NCBI GenBank assembly: GCA_963786175.1
Contig: CAWAYD010000008.1
Coordinates: 89,871-153,870, forward strand
Direction: 5' to 3'
DNA length: 64,000 bases
DNA from: an uncultured Verrucomicrobiae bacterium
GTDB taxonomy: Bacteria; Verrucomicrobiota; Verrucomicrobiia; Chthoniobacterales; UBA10450
The translations under genes were made by a program, and so were the position numbers. The notes under the pieces are model-generated. The model ran no database searches, was not told the DNA's origin, and saw nothing but the letters and a program-made list of their open reading frames with translations. Shown here piece after piece: positions 29,329-39,691 of this stretch (the stretch's first letter is position 1; each line of letters starts with the position of its first letter).

Positions 29329-31593
29329 CTAGCGACCAAAAATCCCGCGCAAGCTGCCGCGCGATTCTGGCTTGGCGGACACTTGCACCGGCCAGCATTC
29401 GACGATTTCGAGGGCGAGAAAGCGGAAGAGGGTGAGACGAGCAAACTTAATATCGAGCCGCAGATTCTTTGAGATCTGTGCGATCGAGCGGCTGCCGTTG
29501 AACTGCGAAGCAAACTGCGCTTCCGCCACGGTAAGACGCAGCTCCTGCACGCGGTCGAACCCATCGCGGGTGTAAGCCGGCACCGACAACGCATCTACGG
29601 TGGCTCTTTCACCTAACTCCTGATACTGCACGAAACGCAACGTGCTTAGCGCCCACTGGTCGATGCTTTCTTCCGCGGTTGGCAACTCATTCGCGTAGCC
29701 GGGTAGCGCCTGCTTTTCAAACGTGAAACGCACCCGATCGGTCCAGAGCTGTGAGAACAGCTTTTGGCCGTAGTGCTGCACGAGTTGCATTCCTGGTTCG
29801 TGGAGGACGAGACCTTCGTTCGCCAGCGTGACAAAGATAGGGCAACCGTCCTTTGCCTGTCGCTCGCGCGCGGCCTCGACGCGTTCGCTCGGCACGTTGA
29901 GCAATGTGACCGGCGATTCTTCGCAATACAAAACTGGGTTTCGCGTCGTGACGACAACGACGCGCCCGTCACGCGCCAATAATTCAACCGAGTCACGGGA
30001 CCAAAACGCCCGCAGAATGCCAGTCAACTTCTCGCGCGCAATCGTTTGCAGCGCCCAATGCAGCGAAAAGAAACTCGAATCGCCACAAAAATAGGCATTA
30101 GCCGTCGTCGGCTCTTCATCGTGTGTCTGGCCGTCGGTTCCGTCTCCGTCAGGCAGTTTCTGTTCTACCTGCGAGTGCTGTTCCGTCCCCGGCGGCGGAG
30201 CTTTCCCGGCAGCAACTGATGAACCTTGTCCTGCCGGTTCCACCTCGCGAATCGAAGGCGCTTCAGGCACAAAGGACGATTTAACGGGCGTGTTCAGCGA
30301 GTTGGACTCATGATTTGTAGCCAAGACATCGTTGCCGACTGGAGGCACAAAGGTCGGCGTCTGACGCTCAGAGGAAGGAGGGGGTGTAACCTTTCGAGAC
30401 AGGGGAGTGGGTAAGGCTGCTGCATCCGACGTTCCCATGTTTTGTTCGCCCGGAAGAAAATTACGCAGCGCTGCGAGTAGCGCATCGGAGGTAAATGGCT
30501 TGTTAAGCAAACCGATCAGGTTAGGCAATTCGTTCCGATCGGGTTTCAGGTCGCTTCCAAATCCCGAGATATAGACCACCGGCACCTTGGCCGTTTCCGG
30601 AATGGCGATAAGCCGACGACAAACCTCGTCGCCTTTCATATCCGGTAAGACAAAATCGAGCAGGACCAGATCAGGCAATTCGCTCCGGCAAAGTTGCACC
30701 CCTTCTGCACCGGTCGCCGCCGTTCGGACGTCGTAGCCTTGCTCCTCGAGGATTTCCTTCACGAAACTTAGGAGCATGATGCTGTCGTCGATCACCAGCA
30801 CGTTGTGCCCGGACATTTTCGGGCGCCGACTCGTTTCGCCAGTCATCTCGCTGTCCTGACTGCGTGATTCGTCGATCTTGCGCACCGCTTCCATGAGCAG
30901 CACCTGCCAATCGAGGTCGATCGTGTGCGGCGTACCAGGCGGCACGGCGACTTCCGAAATGTGGCCGCCCTTCCAATCGACGATTGCGTTAAAGGCCTCC
31001 AATCCTTCTTTCCCAGGGGCTATGGCGTGGCGCACCTGCCCGTTCTCAAAGTAAACCCGTGCCTTCTCGCCGTTGGGTCCGGTGAACTCGAGCATCGAGG
31101 TCGGTCCGCTGATACATTTGAGCTGAATGATGTCGGCGACGTGCAGATCGCTCAGCGTGCCTTGAAAGCGTTCGCCTTTTCCTCCGCCCGCTGGAGGGAG
31201 GAGCGCCTCTGTCAATGTGATGAAATCAGCGCGCGGAAAAGGTTTCTCCAAAAAGTGAATCGCACCGAGTCCCGCCATCCGTTCGCGCTGCGCGGCGAAA
31301 TGAATTGTCGTGAGAATGATGGCGCGCGCGTTGGGATGACTGGTGCGCAGGTCGTAAATGAACTCCTGCCCCATCTCGTAAGCCGCGTCGACGTCGAGGA
31401 CGAAAAGCGATGGCCTTTGGTCGGCAACCAACCGTTGCGCCTCGCCTAACGATCCTGCCGCCCGGGCCCGCGTGCCAGGCGCCGCTTCCTCAAGCGCCGA
31501 AAGTATTTGCATCGCAACCTTTTCGTCCGGTTCCAGGATCAGAACCTGCAGGTCGCGCGCGGGAGGGCACTCGGCAGTAGTGGCTTCGTTCAC
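29329..31593 (-). CDS. multidomain signalling protein: REC-like, DUF4388-like, REC, C-terminal DUF4388-like region
   Basis: N-terminal LQVLILEPDEKVAMQ...SLFVLDVD. Then FQGTLSDLHVADIIQLKCISGPTSMLEFTG...GQVRHAI (DUF4388-like). The second REC is HNVLVIDDSIMLLSFVKEIL...DLVLLDFVLPDMKGDEV...LNKPF. Confidence 0.8.
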   Translation of the reverse strand: MNEATTAECPPARDLQVLILEPDEKVAMQILSALEEAAPGTRARAAGSLGEAQRLVADQRPSLFVLDVDAAYEMGQEFIYDLRTSHPNARAIILTTIHFAAQRERMAGLGAIHFLEKPFPRADFITLTEALLPPAGGGKGERFQGTLSDLHVADIIQLKCISGPTSMLEFTGPNGEKARVYFENGQVRHAIAPGKEGLEAFNAIVDWKGGHISEVAVPPGTPHTIDLDWQVLLMEAVRKIDESRSQDSEMTGETSRRPKMSGHNVLVIDDSIMLLSFVKEILEEQGYDVRTAATGAEGVQLCRSELPDLVLLDFVLPDMKGDEVCRRLIAIPETAKVPVVYISGFGSDLKPDRNELPNLIGLLNKPFTSDALLAALRNFLPGEQNMGTSDAAALPTPLSRKVTPPPSSERQTPTFVPPVGNDVLATNHESNSLNTPVKSSFVPEAPSIREVEPAGQGSSVAAGKAPPPGTEQHSQVEQKLPDGDGTDGQTHDEEPTTANAYFCGDSSFFSLHWALQTIAREKLTGILRAFWSRDSVELLARDGRVVVVTTRNPVLYCEESPVTLLNVPSERVEAARERQAKDGCPIFVTLANEGLVLHEPGMQLVQHYGQKLFSQLWTDRVRFTFEKQALPGYANELPTAEESIDQWALSTLRFVQYQELGERATVDALSVPAYTRDGFDRVQELRLTVAEAQFASQFNGSRSIAQISKNLRLDIKFARLTLFRFLALEIVECWPVQVSAKPESRGSLRGIFGR

Positions 31594-31666
31594 TTTTGGC
31601 TAGGTTAAGCGCCAGTAACAAAGCAACTTCTTCGCCACTGGCCGCGGCAGATTCTAGAAATGCCGA

Positions 31667-31703
31667 CTGGGCGCGAAAATAAAAAGTCTTTTTTCGCGCC
31701 CAG
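31667..31703 (-). terminator. strong hairpin downstream of the small lipoprotein / acyl-ligase genes
   Basis: CTGGGCGCGAAAA (31667-31679) pairs perfectly with TTTTCGCGCCCAG (31691-31703), giving a 13-bp stem with A/T tracts in and around the loop. There is no clean trailing U-tract, so terminator function is tentative. Confidence 0.4.
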
Positions 31704-31764
31704 CGAAGAGTTCCGCCGGAGCCGAGCGTGGTCCGGCTATTCTGTTAGTCGAACAGCAGGGCGA

Positions 31765-31887
31765 CTAGTTGGCGTGAACACCCGTTGACACGGCATGACC
31801 GCTATCGGTCTTGACCGTAGTGGAGCAGCTGGAAAAACTCGCGACCAAGACGATCGCGCCAAGAATGGAAAGAAGAATATTTCGCAT
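31765..31887 (-). CDS. small putative lipoprotein (40 aa)
   Basis: Hand translation: MRNILLSILGAIVLVASFSSCSTTVKTDSGHAVSTGVHAN*. This is a signal peptide plus a lipobox-like FSSC. It falls below the ORF-track length cut-off. Confidence 0.35.
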   Translation of the reverse strand: MRNILLSILGAIVLVASFSSCSTTVKTDSGHAVSTGVHAN

Positions 31888-31965
31888 AATTTGTTTGATT
31901 TACTTCTGAATCGGAAACCGTTGAGCGAGTGCGTGTCCCGAACGATGGCTTCGGCGTGAAAAATC

Positions 31966-33424
31966 CTAGGAGGCAAATTGTCGGGCCAGTTCGCGCCGGC
32001 TGATCTTGCCGCGCTCATTCGCCGGTAACACCTCGAGCAGGTAGATCCGCTTTGGCACCTGCCAGCCGCTCAGGCGCGTCCGGCAAAAATTGAGTAAGTC
32101 GGCTTCCTGGGTGTCGGCCGAGGCTACTACACAGGCGACCACTTCCTGGTTGCGTAAAGGCGACGATCGCCCAAAAACGACGGCTTGCCGGACAGCCTGA
32201 TGGCTGAGGAGGAGTGCTTCGACTTCCGCCGGATTCACTTTCTTCCCCGCAACGTTAATGACGTCCGAGACTCGCCCAACAATGCGGACCCCCGCCATAT
32301 TTATCGTGAGAAGATCGTCCGGGACAAAAACGCCTTCGCCCAGTTTAGCGCCATTCGGTTCGGGAAAATATCCATCGCCAACCGCCGCGCTTCGGACGCG
32401 GACCTGGGTGCTCGCTTTTCGTTAGGGCAATTGATTCCAACTGAACGCCGCCTACTGGTTGACCAACGAAACCTTCTTCCTCGTTGATCGCTTGCCTGTC
32501 GTAGCAAATTCCGCCGCACTCCGAAGCGCCATAAAAGGAATGGATCGGCTGCCCAAATTTTTGGCGGAACGCTCGCGCGACTGCACGCTTGAGCGGGGCG
32601 CCTGCCGAAATGCAAAGGCGCAGCTTCGGCAACGCCGGTACATCCGGCATTTCTACAAAAGCCTGATAAAAAAGCGGCATTCCGGGAAAAACGGTCGCCC
32701 CGGTGCAGGCGAGATCGTCGAGCACGGCACGCGGCATCCGATCGCTGCTTACCACCATCGGCACTCCTCGAGTCAGGAGAGGCGTGATCAAATTGCTAAA
32801 GCCATAGGAGTGGGAGAGTGGGATGACCCCGAAATTCAGGTCCGCTTCGTTGATTCCCATCGTGTCGCAAATTTGCTCCGCATCGGCGATCAGTTGGGCG
32901 CTGCGAAACCGAACCGCGCGCGCCGCGGCGGTTGTGCCCGAGGTGAGTTTCAGGAGCACCGGCGGGCGCCCTTGCCAGTCGTTATGCCGCGATTTCTCGA
33001 AACGCGCGATCGCTTTCTCAGGCTCGGTGATCAAGCCCGTCGCGCCACACGCTCGCAAAGCTGAAGCGCGCTCACTTTCGCTCACAGTTCGTTCGATCGG
33101 CAAGACCGCGATACCGCGACGCAAACAAGCGAGAAACAAGGCCGGCCACTGCGGATGATTTCCAATCTGAAAAGCGATAATTTCGCCTGCCTCGAAATTC
33201 GTCAGGCCAGCCGATTCGCTGGCATAGTGCCGACTCCATTCTTCGATCTCGCGAAAACGCAGCAGCCTCCTTCCGCGCGCATCCAGGACCGCTGCCTCGT
33301 CGCCCTTGCGCGCGAATGTTTTCTCCCAGGCTGCCAGGAGCGGGTCGCTCTCGGCTTTCCCCACTTGCGATCTCGCCTTTCTGCGGCTATTCTTCCCGCT
33401 CTTTTTCACCATGAAAACGGACAT
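31966..33424 (-). pseudogene. AMP-dependent synthetase/ligase (acyl-CoA-ligase superfamily) interrupted by a 1-nt frameshift
   Basis: N-terminal ORF 32345..33424 contains LTSGTTAAARAV (AMP-binding motif) and FYGASECGGICY. C-terminal ORF 31966..32298 contains GRVSDVINVAGKKVNPAEVE...RGKISRRELA. The C-terminal frame is open up to 32421 and reads ...TQVRVRSAAVGDGYFPEPNG. The 5' end overlaps the divergent rpmE start, so the true start is uncertain. Confidence 0.75.
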
Positions 33425-33638
33425 CCATCCTGACTATACCGAGACGGACATGATCTGCGCCTGCGGCGCGGTCTATCACACCCGCTCAACTCGCCGGGAT
33501 ATCAGAATCGGCATTTGCGCTGCCTGCCATCCGTTTTTTACCGGCGAACAAAAGTTCGTCGATACCGCCGGCCGCGTCGAGAAATTTGCCCGCCGCTACG
33601 GCAGCACCAGGGCCGCCCGGGCGACAAAAAAAGCTTAG
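33411..33638 (+). CDS. rpmE: 50S ribosomal protein L31 (type A, Cys-containing)
   Basis: [64 protein letters not shown]. Confidence 0.95.
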   Translation: MKTDIHPDYTETDMICACGAVYHTRSTRRDIRIGICAACHPFFTGEQKFVDTAGRVEKFARRYGSTRAARATKKA

Positions 33639-33695
33639 GTAGTTTTGCCTAACGAAAGGTGATCGCGCGATCTGCGCCGTCGCCGTTTTTGTTTT

Positions 33696-34772
33696 ATGGA
33701 TTTCCAAGGCCTTATCGCGCGTAAACGGGAACGCTTCCAGCAATTGGAAAGCGAAATTGCCGATCCGCGCCTTTTTGACAATCGCAAGCGCGCCAGCGAC
33801 ACCATGCGCGAACACGCGACCACCCGCAGTTTGCTCGCGAAATGGGAGGAACTGCAAACCGCCCGTCGCCAGCTCGAAGACAATCGTGAGCTGGTCGCGG
33901 CCGATGACGCCGATCTTGCCCAGATGGCGCAGGACGAAATTCCTGCTTTGGAAAAGCGTGTCGCCGAATTGGAATTCGAGGTCCAGGTCGCCCTTCTTCC
34001 GCCCGATGAAAGCGACGAGCGCGACGCAATCGTAGAGATCCGCGCCGGCACCGGCGGGAGCGAAGCCGCCATCTTCGCCGCCGATCTGTATCGAATGTAT
34101 CATCGCTATGCAGAGATCGCCGGCCTAGCGATCGAGGATTTGGAATCGAGCCCATCCGAGCTTGGCGGATTGAAAGAATCCATCTTCAAAATTTCCGGCG
34201 AAGCCGTTTTTCGCAAACTGCGCTACGAGAGTGGTGTTCATCGCGTGCAGCGGGTACCGGCGACTGAAGCCCAAGGCCGCATTCATACCTCGACCGCGAC
34301 CGTCGCCGTTCTTCCTGAAGCCGAAGAAGTCGACCTCGAGCTGAAGCCCGAAGATTTGCGAATTGAAGTTTGTCGCGCCGGCGGCCCGGGCGGTCAGGGC
34401 GTGAACACGACCGACTCGGCGGTGCAGGTCATGTACATTCCGACCGGCCGGATCGTCAGATGCCAGGACGGGCGCAGCCAGCAGAAGAACAAGGAAAAAG
34501 CGCTCAGCATCCTGCGTGCACGTTTGCTCGAGGACAAAAAGCGCGAGGAAGAAGCGAAGTATTCCGCCACCCGCAAAAGCCAGATCGGTTCCGGTGGTCG
34601 CGAAGAGAAAATTCGCACCTACAACTTTCCACAAAACCGCATCACCGATCATCGGATTGGCCTCACCCTCTATAATCTCGATCGCGTGATGGAAGGCGAT
34701 CTGGCCGAAATGATCAGCGCGCTGCAACATGCCGATCTCGAGCAGCGACTGAAGGAATCCGCCCTGGCCTAA
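33696..34772 (+). CDS. prfA: peptide chain release factor 1
   Basis: 358 aa. RVPATE (PxT tripeptide region) and GGPGGQGVNTTDSAV (GGQ motif). Confidence 0.97.
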   Translation: MDFQGLIARKRERFQQLESEIADPRLFDNRKRASDTMREHATTRSLLAKWEELQTARRQLEDNRELVAADDADLAQMAQDEIPALEKRVAELEFEVQVALLPPDESDERDAIVEIRAGTGGSEAAIFAADLYRMYHRYAEIAGLAIEDLESSPSELGGLKESIFKISGEAVFRKLRYESGVHRVQRVPATEAQGRIHTSTATVAVLPEAEEVDLELKPEDLRIEVCRAGGPGGQGVNTTDSAVQVMYIPTGRIVRCQDGRSQQKNKEKALSILRARLLEDKKREEEAKYSATRKSQIGSGGREEKIRTYNFPQNRITDHRIGLTLYNLDRVMEGDLAEMISALQHADLEQRLKESALA

Positions 34773-34822
34773 CGAGCGCGCGGCATTGGCCTTTGCCCGG
34801 TCGCGATTATCATTCTCAGGCT

Positions 34823-35659
34823 ATGACCGTTCTCGAAGTTCTTCAGTCCACCACTACGTACTTCAAGAAGCGAAATGTCGAGAGCCCAAGACTGAACGCC
34901 GAACATCTGATCGCGCACTCGTTAGGCAAAAAACGAATCGAGTTGTATCTCGAGTTTGAGCGTCCGCTCGGAGAGTCGGAACTGGCGCCGTTGCGCGAGC
35001 TCGTCAGGCGACGCGGACTGGGCGAGCCGCTCCAGCATCTTCTCGGCACGGTCGAGTTTGGCGATGATGTTTTCCTGAGCGACAAGCGCGCCCTTATCCC
35101 CCGCCCCGAAACCGAGCAACTCGTGGAATACCTTTGCGATCTGACCTGGCCGAAAAATCCGCGCATGCTCGACGTTGGCACTGGCAGTGGAGTAATCGCG
35201 CTTTCCCTGGTCGCGCGATTTCCAGACGCGGAAATCCACGCGGTCGATCTCTCTCAAGATGCACTCGACCTCGCACGTGAAAATGCGGAGCGCCTCGGCG
35301 CGCTGGAACGGATTCGGTTTTCGCGGGGCCATCTTCTCGACGGTATCGACGGCGACTTCGATCTCATCGTCGCCAATCTTCCCTACGTCGCGGCGAGCGA
35401 AGCCACCCAGCTCGCGCGCGAAGTCCAGCACGATCCTGCGATCGCTCTCTACGGTGGAGCGCAAGGCGACGAGCTGATCCGTGAATTGATCGCCACGGCG
35501 CCACCGCGCCTGCGCCCGGCCGGCTGGCTTGCACTCGAAATTGGCCACGATCAAGCGACTGGCCTGATTCGATTTCTGGAGGCGAAAAATTACCACGACA
35601 TCGCAGAGAAAAAGGATTATGCAGGAAACCCGCGTTTCCTCTTCGCACGGCATGGATAA
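34823..35659 (+). CDS. prmC: release-factor glutamine N5-methyltransferase
   Basis: Lies downstream of prfA. LDVGTGSGVIALSL (SAM-binding site) and IVANLPYV (NPPY-type box). Confidence 0.9.
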   Translation: MTVLEVLQSTTTYFKKRNVESPRLNAEHLIAHSLGKKRIELYLEFERPLGESELAPLRELVRRRGLGEPLQHLLGTVEFGDDVFLSDKRALIPRPETEQLVEYLCDLTWPKNPRMLDVGTGSGVIALSLVARFPDAEIHAVDLSQDALDLARENAERLGALERIRFSRGHLLDGIDGDFDLIVANLPYVAASEATQLAREVQHDPAIALYGGAQGDELIRELIATAPPRLRPAGWLALEIGHDQATGLIRFLEAKNYHDIAEKKDYAGNPRFLFARHG

Positions 35660-36914
35660 AATTCTCATTCACGGCGGCCATCCGCTCACCGGTTCGATCA
35701 AGATCAGCGGCTCGAAAAATTCCGCGCTGCCGATCATCGCCGCCACCCTGCTCACCCGCGAACCATGCGTCCTGCATCGCGTCCCCGATCTGAGCGACAC
35801 GAACTACATGCTTCAGATCCTGATGCATCTCGGCGCGGAAGTGGAACGCGCCAGCGGTACCGTGACGGTGAAGGCGGAGAAAGTTGAATCCGTCGCGCCC
35901 TACGAAGTGGTGCGCAAAATGCGAGCCTCGGTTTGCGTCCTGGGGCCGTTGTTAGGCCGATGCAAGGAAGCAACGGTCTCGCTCCCCGGCGGCTGTGTCA
36001 TCGGCGATCGTCCAATCGATTTGCACCTGAAAGGTTTTGAGTCGTTAGGCGCGGCCGTGCGCGTGGAAAACGGCAACGTCAAGGTTTTCGCGCCCAAGTT
36101 GACCGGTGCGGTCATCAACCTGCGAGGAAAGTTCGGTCCCACCGTGCTTGGCACCGACAATGTCATGATGGCCGCAGTTCTGGCCGAAGGTGTCACAGTG
36201 ATCGAAGGCGCCGCCGCCGAACCGGAAGTCTGCGATTTGGCTGATTTCCTCAACAAGATGGGCGCGAAAATTGAAGGCGCCGGCACCCGGCGCATCATCA
36301 TCGAAGGCGTGAGCGAACTGCACGGCGCGGAGCACGACATTATTCCAGACCGGATCGAGACCGGCACTTTTATGGTCGCAGGTGCAATTGCGGGCAAAGG
36401 CATCACGCTTCATCGCGTTCAGCCTGAGCACGTCACCTCTGTGACAACCGCGCTGACCGAGTCTGGGTTCATTGTCGCGAATACGAAAAATTCGATCACG
36501 GTTTCGCCTAACGGCGCCGTGACGAAACCGCTCGAACTGACGACCGAACCTTATCCCGGATTTCCGACCGACATGCAGGCGCAGATGTGCGCATTGCTCT
36601 CCACCATCGACGGAATCAGCGTCATCACGGAAAACGTTTTTCCGCAGCGTTACATGCACGTCGCGGAACTGAAACGAATGGGTGCGCAAATGCAGATCGA
36701 GGGCGCCACGGCCATCATCCAGGGTGTCGAGCGATTGTTAGGCGCGCCCGTCATGGCCAGCGACCTGCGAGCTTCGGCCGCGCTTGTTCTCGCCGGACTA
36801 AAGGCCGTAGGAACGACCGAAGTGCGCCGCGTTTATCACATCGACCGCGGCTACGAGCATCTCGACGAAAAACTAAGTGAGCTTGGCGCACACATCGAAC
36901 GTGTGAAAGAATAA
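35652..36914 (+). CDS. murA: UDP-N-acetylglucosamine 1-carboxyvinyltransferase
   Basis: MDKILIHGGHPLTGSIKISGSKNSALPIIAATLL...VSLPGGCVIGDRPIDLHLKG...; full-length similarity to MurA. 8-nt overlap with prmC. Confidence 0.97.
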   Translation: MDKILIHGGHPLTGSIKISGSKNSALPIIAATLLTREPCVLHRVPDLSDTNYMLQILMHLGAEVERASGTVTVKAEKVESVAPYEVVRKMRASVCVLGPLLGRCKEATVSLPGGCVIGDRPIDLHLKGFESLGAAVRVENGNVKVFAPKLTGAVINLRGKFGPTVLGTDNVMMAAVLAEGVTVIEGAAAEPEVCDLADFLNKMGAKIEGAGTRRIIIEGVSELHGAEHDIIPDRIETGTFMVAGAIAGKGITLHRVQPEHVTSVTTALTESGFIVANTKNSITVSPNGAVTKPLELTTEPYPGFPTDMQAQMCALLSTIDGISVITENVFPQRYMHVAELKRMGAQMQIEGATAIIQGVERLLGAPVMASDLRASAALVLAGLKAVGTTEVRRVYHIDRGYEHLDEKLSELGAHIERVKE

Positions 36915-36917
36915 GAC

Positions 36918-37292
36918 ATGGAAACCATTCCACCGTCCACTTCGGTGACGACCTCATCCAATGCGCGGATGTGGTGTGTTTTGTGCCATGCCAGCGCCTT
37001 GCTGGGACTCTTCTTTCACTTTCCTGGTCATATCTTTGGACCGCTTATCGTTTGGCTTTTGAAACGGGGCGACGCGGGCGAGATCGACGCTCATGGCAAG
37101 GAGTCGCTCAATTTCCAGCTCTCGATGCTGATTTACGAGGCGGTCGCACTCGTCCTTTGCTTCGTTCTGATCGGGATTCCGATTCTGCTTTTGCTCTGGT
37201 TGCTGAACACCGTCCTGGTGATCGTGGCCTCTATCAAAGCGAGCGATGGCGAGCTTTATCGTTATCCCATAACGATTCGCTTTATCAAATAG
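36918..37292 (+). CDS. DUF4870-family small membrane protein
   Basis: LCHASALLGLFFHFPGHIFGPLIVWLLKR...HGKESLNFQLSMLIYEAVALVL...VASIKASDGELYRYPITIRF. Confidence 0.7.
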   Translation: METIPPSTSVTTSSNARMWCVLCHASALLGLFFHFPGHIFGPLIVWLLKRGDAGEIDAHGKESLNFQLSMLIYEAVALVLCFVLIGIPILLLLWLLNTVLVIVASIKASDGELYRYPITIRFIK

Positions 37293-37357
37293 AGGGACAC
37301 TGGTCTCTGAAGGGACGGATTTCCGCCGATCGAGCTTCGATTCGGTTGCAAGCCACG

Positions 37358-39106
37358 CTAGTAGAGCGCGGCTGGTTCCTCTTGCGTTGTTTCGAGGAAA
37401 CTCTGCTCGCAGAGCCGCGCGTATTTTCCGCCTAACGACAACAGCTCGTTGTGCGTTCCACGCTCGATGATTTGTCCGTGATCCAGGACCAAAATCTGAT
37501 CCGCCTTCACGATCGTGGAAAGACGGTGCGCGATGACGATGCAGGTGCGGTCAAACATCAGGTTCTCCAAGGCTTGCTGGATCAGGCGCTCGGTCGCGGT
37601 ATCGATGCTCGCAGTCGCTTCGTCGAGAATCAGAATCGGCGGATCCTTGAGCAAGGCGCGCGCAATCGAGAGTCGCTGCTTTTCTCCCACGCTTAATTTC
37701 ACTCCGCGCTCGCCCACCAAGCTGCCGAGTCCGTTAGGCAAACGATCGATGAAGCCGCGCGCATTCGCCGCTTCCGCCGCGCCTAACAATTCCTCATCGC
37801 TCGCCTCCGGTTTTCCGAGAAGGAGATTTTCGCGGATGGTGCCGTTAAAGAGAAAACTTTCCTGCGTCACCATCCCAATCATCTCGCGCAAGGCATGCAG
37901 CCCGAACTGGCGAATCGGTTGATCGTCGATCGTAATTTCCCCGGAAGTAAACTCGTAGAAACGGGAGAGCAGGTTGACGAGCGTCGACTTGCCCGCACCG
38001 GTCGCGCCGACGAGCGCAATCGTTTCTCCCGGCCGCGCGTGAAAGGAAACATTGCTTAGCGCCGGCAACCCTTTGGCGTAAGCAAAACTCACATCTTCAA
38101 AGCGGATGTCGCCGGCGATCTCCGGCACCGGCTCGCCCTCACGTTGTCCCGGCTCTTCCGGTTCATCCAGGATTTCGAAGACGCGTTCGCCCGCCGCGCG
38201 TCCGGCTTGCACGAGCTGGTTGAGCTGATGCAAACGTGTGATCGGTTCGTAGAGAAATCTCGTCAGAGTGATAAAGGCGACGAGCGAGCCGAGCTGCATC
38301 TGCCCGCGCAGCACCGCGTTCCCGCCGAAACCAATCGCCAGAACCAAGCCTAACGAATTCAAAAATTCCATCGACGGGCTGTAAAGCGCCCACGCTCGCA
38401 TGATGCGCAGGGTGGCGTGGCGGAGGGTATCACTCGCCCGATTGAAACGCGCGTGTTCCTGTTCTTCCCTAACGAACGATTTGATCTGCCGAATCCCAGC
38501 CAGATCGTCGAGCAGAAGTGCATTCAAGGCCGAGGCCGCACGCCGTTGCGGACGATAACGACTCGGACCGGTGATTGTGTAGGCGAGCGCTCCGCCAGCA
38601 AGCAACGGTACCGGCGCGAGAACAAACCAGGCAAGCTGACCGTTAAAATAAAAGAGGGCGCCAATCACGATCGCAACCTGCAGGACCGCGACCACCCCCT
38701 GCTCGATTCCATCGATCAGGACGCGCTCGACCGAATTCACATCTTCCACCACGCGCGTGATGAGATCACCGGTGGCGCGATTATCGAACCAGCGAAGCGG
38801 CAACCCTTCGATGTGTCGAAAAAGGTCGCTTCGCAGGTCGAAAATGACCTTTTGTTCAAAGCTGTTGTTGAGCAAAATGCGCAGACCATCGAGCGCATCC
38901 TGGAGAAAGAAGGCGAGCAACGCCACGCCCACCATCGGCCAAAGGAGCTCCGGTCGATGTCCCGCGATCACATCGTCGATGATGAACTTGGTCACCCACG
39001 GAAAGACCACGATCATGATCGTGCTCAGGACAGCGCAGGCTAGTGTGCCGCCTGCCATCCACGGATAGCGCTTGAGGTAGGCAAAGACGCGCCAGACAGT
39101 TTTCAC
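37358..39106 (-). CDS. ABC transporter, fused permease/ATP-binding exporter (MsbA/multidrug type)
   Basis: Six-helix N-terminal half. Walker A GATGAGKST, signature LSVGEKQRLSIARAL and Walker B ILILDEATAS. Confidence 0.9.
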   Translation of the reverse strand: MKTVWRVFAYLKRYPWMAGGTLACAVLSTIMIVVFPWVTKFIIDDVIAGHRPELLWPMVGVALLAFFLQDALDGLRILLNNSFEQKVIFDLRSDLFRHIEGLPLRWFDNRATGDLITRVVEDVNSVERVLIDGIEQGVVAVLQVAIVIGALFYFNGQLAWFVLAPVPLLAGGALAYTITGPSRYRPQRRAASALNALLLDDLAGIRQIKSFVREEQEHARFNRASDTLRHATLRIMRAWALYSPSMEFLNSLGLVLAIGFGGNAVLRGQMQLGSLVAFITLTRFLYEPITRLHQLNQLVQAGRAAGERVFEILDEPEEPGQREGEPVPEIAGDIRFEDVSFAYAKGLPALSNVSFHARPGETIALVGATGAGKSTLVNLLSRFYEFTSGEITIDDQPIRQFGLHALREMIGMVTQESFLFNGTIRENLLLGKPEASDEELLGAAEAANARGFIDRLPNGLGSLVGERGVKLSVGEKQRLSIARALLKDPPILILDEATASIDTATERLIQQALENLMFDRTCIVIAHRLSTIVKADQILVLDHGQIIERGTHNELLSLGGKYARLCEQSFLETTQEEPAALY

Positions 39107-39191
39107 TCGTCTACACCGTCAATGTCGACGGTTGCGAGTCAAGCTGCGGGAGTTGCACGGCGTTCTCCGCGTCGGCATGGTGAGATCGCGG

Positions 39192-39689
39192 ATGATCATC
39201 GAACAAATCTTCACTTCGCCGGGACACAACTTCGTTGGCCACTACGGCGAAAAGCCCAGGGACTTCCCGGTCGTTGAAGCGGACAAAATCGAATGCGTCG
39301 CCGGTCGCGGCATCCGCGGCGATCGCTATTTCGATTTTCGCCAGGACTACAAAGGCCAGATCACGTTTTTCTCCCGTGAAGTTTTCGATCTGATGTCGAA
39401 GCATTTTGGCCTAACGAATAAGTCACCTGGCGTTCTGCGACGCAATGTCATCGTCTCCGGTGTCGATCTGATGGGATTGATCGGAGTGGATTTTGTCCTG
39501 CAAGGCATTCAGTTTCGCGGCACGGCTCATTGCGCGCCCTGTCTTTGGATGGAGACGGCTGTCGCTCCCGGAGCGGAGAAATTTCTCGCCGGTCGCGGCG
39601 GCCTCCGCGCCCGCATCTTCACCGACCGCTGGCTCGCCGCCGGCGATGCGGAACTCCAAGTTCTGAAGCCATCGCGCAAAATTGCCTGA
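39192..39689 (+). CDS. MOSC domain-containing protein
   Basis: MIIEQIFTSPGHNFVGHYG...VAGRGIRGDRYF...FRGTAHCAPCLWME. The start is uncertain; the track ORF begins at 39132. Confidence 0.7.
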   Translation: MIIEQIFTSPGHNFVGHYGEKPRDFPVVEADKIECVAGRGIRGDRYFDFRQDYKGQITFFSREVFDLMSKHFGLTNKSPGVLRRNVIVSGVDLMGLIGVDFVLQGIQFRGTAHCAPCLWMETAVAPGAEKFLAGRGGLRARIFTDRWLAAGDAELQVLKPSRKIA

Positions 39690-39691
39690 CG

